Assembly: GCA_918797485.1 (NCBI GenBank) | Contig: CAKKNE010000002.1 | Coordinates: forward strand, 2,170,001 to 2,234,000 | Source: Pelagomonas calceolata | Lineage: Eukaryota | Reading direction: 5' to 3' | Length of the DNA: 64,000 nucleotides | In this document: positions 32,701-41,373 of the stretch, piece after piece | How positions within the stretch are numbered: position 1 is the first letter of the stretch | Layout: each line of letters begins with the position of its first letter | Made by a program: the position numbers and the translations under genes | The notes under the pieces: generated by a model | Told to the model about the DNA's origin: nothing | Databases searched by the model: none | The model's input: only the letters and a program-made list of their open reading frames with translations

Positions 32701-35700
32701 TATTGTGTGGATAAAGCGAGGACGGCCTTCTTTGCGCGGACGAAGGAGGCCTGGACTCCACCTTCACAAAAGAAGAAGACCAAGAAGCGGTTGTTGGAAG
32801 ACGATTTTGGCCCTCCCGATAACACGGACTTGTACGATGCCGCCCTCGCTTCCGGGAAGCTCGATGAGTTGTTGAAACCGATCCGAGATGAACAAAATGC
32901 GGCAGCACATATCATCGGCCAGCGCGTCAAAAGTTACTTGTGGCGCCAGAGGGAGCTACGGATACCGGTGGTCGCTGCTTTAGCGAAGAAGAAGGAGGAT
33001 GATAAGTACTTTAAAGAAAGGCGAGAACGCTTGGCTTTCGAAAAGCAAAGGCGCATCGAGGAGAAGGAGCGTTTGCAATTGCTGCGGTTACGAAGGGACG
33101 CGGACGCTCGTAAGAAACGTCACGAGGACGCGAAAAGGGCATTGTTCTTGGAAAATCAAAGGCAGGAGGTCGAGTTGAGGTGGAGAACTTGTGAGTTGCG
33201 CTGTATGCGGGCGCATTTAGATGCTTTAAAGCAATACCTCGACGCGGTGCGGTTCCAGCGGCAGTTCTTTTCTCGTTTACTGAAAGCTTGTCTTAAGAAT
33301 TGGCGGGGCTTCGCTGTTGATAGTATAGCGGAGAAAAAGTCCGCTCGGTTAATGCAGGCCTGCTGGCGCATGCTCCAGGCCATGGCCACCGTGAAGGCCA
33401 AGAGGGCTGAAAATGCCAGAAAGAGGCGCGTCTTCGACCGACTCTTCGGCAAGGCCATGGATCGTCGATTGCGGAGGATTATTGATGCGTGGCAGGACTG
33501 GGCCTGGAGCGAAGCGGCGTGTCGGGGCTTTCAGGAGGAGATCGCGGAGAGGTTGCAGCGGAAGGTCTTGGACGCTTGGTTTAAACATGCGAAAACAGCT
33601 CCATCTCGTCGGAAAGGTTTGGTAAGGAAGCTCCAGAAAGGGGTCAGGTCTAGATTAGGTACGATGCACATCATGGCGAAGCTCAAGAGGGATAAAGAAG
33701 CTGCGATAGTTCTGCAGTGTCTCTTCAGAGGTAATAAAGCGGTGGCGCGCGTCGTTGCGTTACGACTCGCCAAGAAACTGTTGAAGGAGAAGAAGGGACG
33801 GGAGGCCGAGGCTATAAGGATGAAGCAAGCTTTGTATATAAGGTGGAGGAACCGCGTACTGAAACACTGGATCCGGTCCGACAAGTGCGATAAACTCGGC
33901 CAAAGGTTCAATTGCAGTATAGCATTTAGACAGTGGGGCATCGCCATCGACGCCTACAAGTTCGAACGGCACGTGCTGCACACGGCGGCCTCCGAACGCA
34001 TCGCGAAGGTCGGGAGGAGATACGTCTACGCGCAGCGCTTCAAGGGCAAGGTGCATATATATAGGATGGCCAAGCGCATCCAGAACTCGCTCGTTCGCAT
34101 AGCCCTGGCCAAGAGTGTTTTCAGCTACAAACTCGCGAGGAGGAACGCGGCTCGAGACATCCAGCGCGTCTATCGGGGAGGTTGTAGGCGCGATGTCATA
34201 CGAGAGTGGAATAGGCACGAATTACTGGCGCACGCGTATGCCAATGCCGCTCGGTTACTCATCAAGCACAACCGCGGCGCGCGCAAGATCCAGTCGCTGC
34301 GGACGACGGAGGCGCTGATCACCAAACATGAGAAGGACGGCGACTCCGCCATTCACAGGGCCGCTAGAGGGATTGGCGACCAGTCGGTCTACGCGTGCAT
34401 CAAGCACCTGAATCTAGCTGCGGATGCTTATAACGATGCGGGAAGCGCGCCCTTGCACATCATCGGGTTGGACTTAGATCCACCTCTTAGGATCGCTCGT
34501 ATTAAAAAGAGAGAAAGAAGAAAAGCGAAGGAGGCCGCGCTGGAGGCCGCCGAAGAGCGGGAAATTTACCTGGCTTGCGAAAGGATGGGCACCGTATACA
34601 AAAACAAGGCCGAGCGCATCGAAGAAGCGAAGAACAACGGCACCTACGACTCGCCCGAGCCGTCGCCGCGCGAAGAATTCGGCTCGAGACCACCTACAAG
34701 AGATCTTTTATACGGAGAAGACCGAGGCTTCGACTTCGAGGAATTCGCCATATCAAGACCTAATACCGCGGAACAACCCCAAATAGCAGGAGGCATCATG
34801 GACATCCTGGGCACGTTTGTGGAAGAGGATCCGTCGACGAATTCGATCCTCAAGAAGCTCGACTCCGACTCGGAGTCGGACATGTCCAAGTCGTCCGACG
34901 AAGCTCGTAGTGATTCAGCTTCGGACAATGAGGTGCTAGCGGGTGCTATTACCGCCGCAGAAGCCGAGGAGATGGAGAAGGGCTCGGAGGTGTTAAATAA
35001 AGTGGTCGACAGGTTATTGGAACATGGTGCCGATTTAGAAGCGCCGGACGCCGTCGGTCGGACGCCTCTCGCGGCGGCGGTCGATCGAGGCGACCTGTCG
35101 TTGTGTGGCGTTTTACTCACGCGAGGTGCTTCGGTGAACGCCCTCGACTACGCCGGGTATAGTTGCCTATCGTTAGCGGCGGCGAAGGGGCGCGTGCTGA
35201 TCGCGCGCTTGCTCATCAAGAAAGGAGCCGACGTCAATCTACCGGGCAGAAATGCCAGGAGGCCGATCCACGAGGTCTGTCTTAGAGCTAATAGAAGATT
35301 TGCGCCGCGATTCTTACGGTTGTTACTCACGCACCACGCCGAGCCCGATGTCCCAGATGATGATGGAAGGACGCCCCTGATGCATTGCGTCGGTCGAAAA
35401 CATCGCGACGAGTTCCAGGACTCTTCTGACAGTGATGACGAAAATGACGCTGAGGGAACGCCCGAAGCGGCGTGCCTGCAGATGTTACTAGAAAGACAGG
35501 TGGACGGCGATCGGAGAGATCGGTCCGGTTTAACAACATTAATGATCGCGGCGAAGGCGGACCGCGTCGATGCTGTGAACAAGCTCGTGCGGTTCGGCGA
35601 CGTTGATATGTTAGCGAGAGACGCCAAGGGTCGAACGGCTTTACATTTAGCTGCTCGGGTCGGTTCGATAAAAACGTTGAAGGCACTGCTACACAACGGA

Positions 35701-38640
35701 CATGATGTAAGAGTCGTAGACAAGTCCGGTAATCAGGCGATCCACGCGGCTTGTAAGGGTGGTTCAGTGCCGACGGTGGAGACACTAGTAGCGTATGATG
35801 CCCCGATGGGCTGCCGGAACTGGGACGGTCTGACGCCGATCGGCGTGGCTCGGTTGAGCGGCCAGAAGGACGTCGCCAAATTCCTCGAGGAGCACGTCGC
35901 GCCCTCGTCGATGGCGCAGGACATGACCCAGGAGTTGGCCAAGCTCGAAAACACCGTGGACGAGAAGACGCAACGGTTGAGGGAGAGGAAGATTAGGAGG
36001 TTGAAGCGCAAGGCTCGACGGGAAGGCAAGCCCGAGGACCACTACCTCACGGGAACGTTGTCGCCCGTGTCCTCGAGACCCTCTACCGCATCGTCTGATG
36101 GTTCAGTGGACTTCCCGCCGGAACCTGAGGGTGATGGGAGGCCGGTCTGGGACCACGACCTCAAACGGTGGACCTTCGCGCGGCACGGGTCTGCCTCACC
36201 TAGGCACTTGGTCGCGACGGCGAACGAGGCCGTCGCGGCCACGACCTGGGACAAGCCGATTGCGGAGGAAGCGGAAAAATGGATCGAGGGCTGGGAGGGC
36301 GAGGAGGGCTTCTCGCAGAAGACCTGGACGCATTTTGAAACTGGTGAAATAAGGACGGAGCCTCCACCAAGTACGGTGGACGAGGTTCGAAGCTTGATCC
36401 AGGCCGCCTGGCCGAGAACCAAACTGCGAAAGCAGCTCACCGTGAAGAAGAAGAAGGCCGACGCGGAATTGAAAGTAGGCGCCGCCGAGTACGGCTTAGA
36501 CCTCAAAGAGTTTGAGGAAGAGGTTGAAGAATTAAGGGAGATGCACCGGGCCGCGAAGCTCATGCAGCGGTTGTGGCGGCGCATTGATGCGGTGAACTAC
36601 GCGGACTGTTTGAGGGAACGAAGGGACGGGGCTCGGAGCTTCCAGCGCCTCGTGAGGTGGTACCAGTGGGACCAGAAAAGGTTAAGGAAGATCAAGCTCG
36701 ATAAGTCCGTGCATCTGGCTCAGAGGTGCTTCCGCGGGTATAGGGCGAGGATGAAATTTTATAATTTCGACTACGAGCGCTACTGGTGGCGGAGACAGGA
36801 AAGGTGGCTGGCTACTCGACTCCAAAGAATGTGGCGCGGCCACGTCTGGCGGCGGAAACTCAAGCGCGTCCGGTGTATTAAATATGGTCCCCAACGGTTT
36901 GACGGGTGGATGACCGTGGTACAAAACTCCGGCAAGGCCCACCGAACGTACGGTATTTATGAAGAAAAGTTCTTCCCCAGAGCGTATGCCCATCCCAAGG
37001 ACCAGGGCCCCATCGAAATGCGAAAGAACAAGTTCGGCATGAAGGAGCGGGTTTACGTGCGCGGGGCGCTGATGCGGGACATACCGTTCTACTACAATCG
37101 GGTCAGTGGCAAGTGCACCTGGGAGCAGCCCCAGGACTGGGTCTTTGCGGACCGGAAAGCTTTTGAACGGCGCGAGGAAGTGCGGAAGCGCGGGTTTACG
37201 GAGGAGGAGAACCAGATGGCCATCCGGCTGCAGACGATGTGGGCGGGGCGGCAGACGCGGCGAGCCTTGCGGGCGACGATGGACGGCGCCAAGATCATGA
37301 AGAAGTGCGAGTTTAATTATCTGCAGGATCCGAGGAATCTGACGAAGATGACGCACTATTGTCTCTACTTGCATACGGTCGGGAAGGACCCGGATCGAGC
37401 TAGACCGATGTACCAGACGTGCTACAGTCGCATGATCGAGCTCGGGCCCGACGACGCTTGGGTTTTATTGTCATATGCGATCTTCAACGCCGCGACGGGC
37501 GAGGACGACTGGCCGAACATCGAGGACTGTGCGAGGCGCGGCGCGCTGGCGCCCGGAGGTACATTACATGGAGATAGACATGGCTACGACCTCGCGGACG
37601 GCGGCTTCTTCCGGTCGGCGGCCGCGCAAGATCCCTGCGGCTGGACGTGGCACAACTACGCCTTGTGTCGCTGGCTGGCGTTCCGGGACGATAGCGCGGC
37701 GGAGGAAATGTTCGTGCGTGCCATTCAAGGAGATCCGCACAACAAGGTCATCCAGGAGAACTTCGATTACTTCCTGTCCAAGAAGTACCCGAACCAGCCG
37801 GAGATGTCGTCGGCCGACGTGGTGAGAAGGCACGCGACGGCGGAGATGCTCAAGGACGTTGAAATTGAGCAGGCTCGTCTCGAAAAAATGCACGCCGATC
37901 CTGCGTACCAGGCCGCGACGCTACGCGTGCAGATGGCCTGGCGGCGGCGCCAGTTCTTCAACGAGGTGCTTGGTAGAGACAAGGGGAAGCATCAAGCTTT
38001 GCTGGAAGCTGCTGCTGCCGTCGAGGAGTCCTCTTCCTCATCATCTTCTGAATCTAGTGATTCCGAGGAGGAACGGTTGCGAGGCAGGCGCGCTCTACGT
38101 TGGGAACGGGGCGCCGACATTCAGGGCAGGACGTACTACTACGACAGTGTCACGGGTATCACGCAGTGGCACGCGCCCGACGATCCGGAGGAGCTCGTCT
38201 ACCTCGGCAAGCAGAAAGAAAGTTCGTCGTCGGAATCAGAATCGTCGTCGTCGGAAGACGAGGACGAGTCTGAGTCCGAGGACGAGGACCCACGCCTGCA
38301 CCCGGAGTATGAGGAGCACGACGATGGCGAAAACAAGTACTACTTCCACGTACCCTCGGGCATGTCCACGTGGACACGGCCCAAATTCCCATCGCCCGAA
38401 GAGCTCGAAGAAATACAACGGAAGGTGCGCACCGCAGATCCAGCGATGGTCTGGGAGTGCTGCCGCGAGGACGGGACGCTCTTCTACTACAACCCCTTCA
38501 CTGGTATGAGCCAGTGGACGCATCCTGGGGAAGATGCGGTCATTACCTTCGTCTCCAATGATAGCGACGATGACGACGAGGCGCCGGGCGCGCCCGCGGA
38601 GGACGAGGGACCCGTCATGGGCGTCATCGTCGAGGAGTGA
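29800..38640 (+). CDS. giant WWE/IQ/ankyrin/TPR-like/WW protein (2946 aa)
   Basis: WWE (WYW..WVKFD..IEEAF..VDFPLMEQIN..RRAVLR), many IQ motifs, ankyrin repeats (GRTPL, GRTALHLAA), WW motifs (YYYDSVTGITQWHAP etc.). Confidence 0.9.
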   Translation: MSLAAPPPATPDHLAAVPATPVLDEPSALLSPTVLKASPPRSPLRSPGALSDLSRSPGKLISPRKAKLALKTATFKAKPLESPTAIEDVLRRSNFLGDFNSPGSKSTASSFDAGPYSRKRSIRLPSEPKTKRLKRRQLPALGPPPVERRASLGEPLDVQKLNEQAREASTSTLPKDQRALARIQTRKRKEASAVVMSRRKALLPHLEGITYIHDELGKARTSALGKWWPGDPKYLVKTQLKDYFTEDTRLDESDLKRRRETAERRTLQSSQRLRPGGLWDLPGTADAKKARKVIADLDEEQSASTRQRLDLLAEPVDAELLHEYSEKLQKKIKAREEEAERIRIGAAPSPDKTLLATSSTKVSYDRFSRFAHRCRLAALDDYPVRDRGSQFLLKTLSDAYDAVWQANAAVTAPPPSDDPNVDVKPPEIPVVPDVVADMFWRKCGTLAPQQALEFITELEKAERAGCRESALFAGFLSETRNEDGLLVLCQARRVAIGLYSLDPSKPTQLIRDGADGRFGQNGLLPQLDQCPLLSAHPLYASPELKDKKSTLYDRNVVRILLPRKAALEIIRELCGQESGAARARQDELNSRGLSARAAREAQKKRKGSQLSQQSSRVSTASCTWYWAEDDDKISEHDPSVVKAPNWVKFDDQSQLTIEEAFSREERFIETPHHDAIVDFPLMEQINESNGSRRAVLRDVHEEECLEDEFPAELGELAANPEAIADELLEKLEREAINNQEVLFDDAPPDSILAFPAVYGSTNREYVDFGRLLESLADFIENALPDDILAYVRFDDDGERLTLVQQLASAQEDAENASDLEDEVKAARRALVLAKVAAQKVAMGRSRLDKMEASGDAAAAGAIVAFRTRLMIAEADVVRAQNILDELEGNMNNLVNRSEKTWASLIEASSNNEKAPTSPAAMAAARRRRLIDGARRDISRVVQTRKARSNAASSINTACRMVACAGARYCVDKARTAFFARTKEAWTPPSQKKKTKKRLLEDDFGPPDNTDLYDAALASGKLDELLKPIRDEQNAAAHIIGQRVKSYLWRQRELRIPVVAALAKKKEDDKYFKERRERLAFEKQRRIEEKERLQLLRLRRDADARKKRHEDAKRALFLENQRQEVELRWRTCELRCMRAHLDALKQYLDAVRFQRQFFSRLLKACLKNWRGFAVDSIAEKKSARLMQACWRMLQAMATVKAKRAENARKRRVFDRLFGKAMDRRLRRIIDAWQDWAWSEAACRGFQEEIAERLQRKVLDAWFKHAKTAPSRRKGLVRKLQKGVRSRLGTMHIMAKLKRDKEAAIVLQCLFRGNKAVARVVALRLAKKLLKEKKGREAEAIRMKQALYIRWRNRVLKHWIRSDKCDKLGQRFNCSIAFRQWGIAIDAYKFERHVLHTAASERIAKVGRRYVYAQRFKGKVHIYRMAKRIQNSLVRIALAKSVFSYKLARRNAARDIQRVYRGGCRRDVIREWNRHELLAHAYANAARLLIKHNRGARKIQSLRTTEALITKHEKDGDSAIHRAARGIGDQSVYACIKHLNLAADAYNDAGSAPLHIIGLDLDPPLRIARIKKRERRKAKEAALEAAEEREIYLACERMGTVYKNKAERIEEAKNNGTYDSPEPSPREEFGSRPPTRDLLYGEDRGFDFEEFAISRPNTAEQPQIAGGIMDILGTFVEEDPSTNSILKKLDSDSESDMSKSSDEARSDSASDNEVLAGAITAAEAEEMEKGSEVLNKVVDRLLEHGADLEAPDAVGRTPLAAAVDRGDLSLCGVLLTRGASVNALDYAGYSCLSLAAAKGRVLIARLLIKKGADVNLPGRNARRPIHEVCLRANRRFAPRFLRLLLTHHAEPDVPDDDGRTPLMHCVGRKHRDEFQDSSDSDDENDAEGTPEAACLQMLLERQVDGDRRDRSGLTTLMIAAKADRVDAVNKLVRFGDVDMLARDAKGRTALHLAARVGSIKTLKALLHNGHDVRVVDKSGNQAIHAACKGGSVPTVETLVAYDAPMGCRNWDGLTPIGVARLSGQKDVAKFLEEHVAPSSMAQDMTQELAKLENTVDEKTQRLRERKIRRLKRKARREGKPEDHYLTGTLSPVSSRPSTASSDGSVDFPPEPEGDGRPVWDHDLKRWTFARHGSASPRHLVATANEAVAATTWDKPIAEEAEKWIEGWEGEEGFSQKTWTHFETGEIRTEPPPSTVDEVRSLIQAAWPRTKLRKQLTVKKKKADAELKVGAAEYGLDLKEFEEEVEELREMHRAAKLMQRLWRRIDAVNYADCLRERRDGARSFQRLVRWYQWDQKRLRKIKLDKSVHLAQRCFRGYRARMKFYNFDYERYWWRRQERWLATRLQRMWRGHVWRRKLKRVRCIKYGPQRFDGWMTVVQNSGKAHRTYGIYEEKFFPRAYAHPKDQGPIEMRKNKFGMKERVYVRGALMRDIPFYYNRVSGKCTWEQPQDWVFADRKAFERREEVRKRGFTEEENQMAIRLQTMWAGRQTRRALRATMDGAKIMKKCEFNYLQDPRNLTKMTHYCLYLHTVGKDPDRARPMYQTCYSRMIELGPDDAWVLLSYAIFNAATGEDDWPNIEDCARRGALAPGGTLHGDRHGYDLADGGFFRSAAAQDPCGWTWHNYALCRWLAFRDDSAAEEMFVRAIQGDPHNKVIQENFDYFLSKKYPNQPEMSSADVVRRHATAEMLKDVEIEQARLEKMHADPAYQAATLRVQMAWRRRQFFNEVLGRDKGKHQALLEAAAAVEESSSSSSSESSDSEEERLRGRRALRWERGADIQGRTYYYDSVTGITQWHAPDDPEELVYLGKQKESSSSESESSSSEDEDESESEDEDPRLHPEYEEHDDGENKYYFHVPSGMSTWTRPKFPSPEELEEIQRKVRTADPAMVWECCREDGTLFYYNPFTGMSQWTHPGEDAVITFVSNDSDDDDEAPGAPAEDEGPVMGVIVEE

Positions 38641-39040
38641 ATAGTGTAACTTTGTGTGTGAGTACTAGGATGAACCCTCCGAAACTATACTAGTGCGTCA
38701 ATTCAGGTCGACTGCGAACTCCTTATGAGCGCTGGGGAGAGAGAGGAAACGACACGCGGGGTAAGAGGACGATGTGGGGGTAACAGTGCAGGGGGAACAT
38801 GACGGCCTCGTAGAGAAGACCGTTCGGACCCGGAGGGGCGTGGAGCCCGCGGGCCGGCCCGCCCCGACGTGAGGTCGAGCGGGGAAGAGGAGCACGAACG
38901 AACTCGTCCAGGACGTTCGCGCAGAGAGCTGGTCGGCCGCGCTCGCGGGCTGCGCGGCCGGGCGGTGCCACCGTCGTGGCACCTGCGTAGGTCGCGATGA
39001 GAAGCGATGGTAGCATAGTGGGACGCCGGCGCCGCGCCGA

Positions 39041-39342
39041 TGATCTTCGGCCGGCCGCGGCTCGACCAGCATCGGCGCCGCGCCGTTGTCGTCGTCGACG
39101 TCCATGGCGTCGGCCTTGGCCTCGGCCGGTTCCTCGAACCTGCGTGGGAACCAGTGACGCCGCCGTAAAGTGAAAATTTTGGCACCGACGCGAGACGTGA
39201 TGGTCAGCTGCGTGCCGGGCGCCATCGTGGCGATGGCTCGTAAATGCAAACCCTTGGAGCCGTCGGAAGCCGTGTGGCGGACCACTACACAATTGGCCTC
39301 GCCGGGCGGCGCCCGTTTCTTCACTAATTCTCTTCCGACCTA
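39041..39342 (-). pseudogene. 302-bp duplicate of 25561-25862 (exon-intron-exon fragment)
   Basis: 12 differences in 302 bp by manual count; flanks are not homologous. Confidence 0.75.
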
Positions 39343-39796
39343 GGAGGCCCACTTTAGAGACTTTGCAAACCGAGGGTTTCCGCGCCAAGCGTCGTCCAGA
39401 CGGAAAGGTCTACTGCGGTGGTGCACAGACGCGCCCGTAGCGCGATTGACCGCGCGCCGACGACGCGCTTATGGGCGCTTAATTCCCAATAGAGCCACAG
39501 GCTAAGCAACAGACCAATTCCACCGAGGCCGCGCAAAAGTCGGAGAGACGCATCCTACGCATCGCTCGGAGAGCTCTGCGACGCCGCAAAACCCGCGTTA
39601 GTGCAAGCCGGGATGCCCTCCTTGTCATCGAGGATAACGTGAAGCTCGCTCGTTGCACAGAGCTCGCTGCCCTGCGCAAGAGGCCGCAGCAGTGCTGCGC
39701 ATCACTCAGTACGCCGCAAACCAACGCGCAGTGCATAGCTTGCTGTAGCCCAAGAGATTGGCTGCAAAAAGAGGCCCATCGCATCCTTGCAGCGCC

Positions 39797-41269
39797 ATGG
39801 CCGCTAGATTGCCCGTCCTCTTCGAGGACATCGCCATCGCCGCCACCCGTATAAGAGGCGGCGTCGTGCGGTCGCCGGTCACGCATTCGTACTGGCTCAG
39901 CCAGCTCTGCGGCTGCGACGTCTTCCTGAAGCACGAGCAGTTCCAGTTTACTGGCAGTTTCAAGGAGCGCGGCGCGAGGAATGCGTTGATGTCTCTGTCC
40001 GAAGAAAAGAAGGCCAAAGGCGTCGTCGCGGCCTCTGCGGGCAACCACGCGCTAGCTCTGTCGTGGCACGGCAAGCAGCTCGGCATCCCCGTGTCGGTGT
40101 TGATGCCTACTGTGGCTCCGTTAGCCAAGAGATCGAAGTGCGCCAAGTTCGACGCCAACATTGTTGTTCATGGCGACAACATAGGGGTCGCGAAGAAGTA
40201 CGCCGAGGAGACGGCGCCCTTCTCGGAGATGACTTATGTGAATGGGTACGACGACCCAGAGATCATCGCCGGGGCCGGTACGATGGGCTTGGAACTCGTG
40301 GATCAGGCTCCCGACGCGGACGCGTACGACTACATCATGGTCCCGTGCGGCGGCGCTGGTTTATTAGCTGGCGTGGCGTTGGCGTCGAAGACGCTGCGGC
40401 CCGCGACGCGCGTGATTGGTGTCGAGCCCCGGAATTGTGCTTCCTTCACTGCTGCGCTCGAAGCTGGGGAACCGGTCCCGGCACCTACGACTTCCACCCT
40501 AGCGGATGGTCTCGCGGTGCCCACGGTCGGAGGCAACGCCTTCGAGGTCGCTCGCGCCCACACGGACGAGGTCGTCATCGTCGAAGAAAGCGACGTGGCT
40601 CTATCGGTCCTACGGTTGTTAGAGAACGAGAAAGTGATTGTGGAGGGCGGCGGCGCCACCGGTTTAGCCGCTATTTTACCCGGCGGCCCGATGCACAAGG
40701 AGGTCCAGGGGAAACGCGTCGCGGTGCCTCTTTGTGGCGGTAATATTGATGTGACAACTCTGGGACGAGTCATCGACCGCGGCTTAGCGGCGGATTGTCG
40801 CTTGGTACGCTTCGTCGCCGAGGTCTCGGACCGGGCGGGAGGCATCGCCGAAGTGACGTCGCTCCTCTCGGAGCACGGTGCGTCCGTCAAGGACGTCTTC
40901 CACGAGCGGGCGTGGCTGCAGTCGGCGGTGGATCGCGTCCAGATCAAATTTATTATCGAGTGCACCGGTTCGTAGCTGTGTGGAAATCAACCAGTGCGTC
41001 GGGTGTGTGGCTCGGTCGAGCGGCGAGGAATCGGCATCGCCACGCCATCGAGCAGGCGTCGCGTCGATGGCGTGGAGGTCGACGCGAACGCGCCGTAAAA
41101 TTTTGATTTCCACACAGGTCCCGAGCACTCCGTGCAGGTGCGGGACGCCGTGCGGGCGGCAGGCGTGCCGTTATTAGTGTGGGGCAAGACGGTGTACAAC
41201 GCGGACGGGACCGCGCGGACGCTCGGGTCGACGACCGGAGGCCCCGCGGAGCCGGCGCCCTTCGAGTAG
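39797..41269 (+). CDS. ilvA: threonine dehydratase/ammonia-lyase with ACT domain (intron 40968-41117)
   Basis: KHEQFQFTGSFKERGA, ASAGNHA, PCGGAGL, TLADGLAV, CGGNID; splicing extends the ACT domain to TAG 41269. Confidence 0.92.
40968..41117 (+). mobile_element. introner, most intact copy (perfect 15-bp TIR)
   Basis: ctgtgtggaaatcaa 40976-40990 / ttgatttccacacag 41103-41117; TSD gttcgtag/gtcccgag; internal inverted repeat ccacgccatcga..tcgatggcgtgg. Confidence 0.93.
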
Positions 41270-41373
41270 GGTGTGCGGGTAAGCTTCTAGGTACTGACAC
41301 GCGCCGATGGCGTAAGGGGGAGCCCCACGCCGTCGACGACGCGACCTACTTAAATATACTTACGAGCAAGCGC

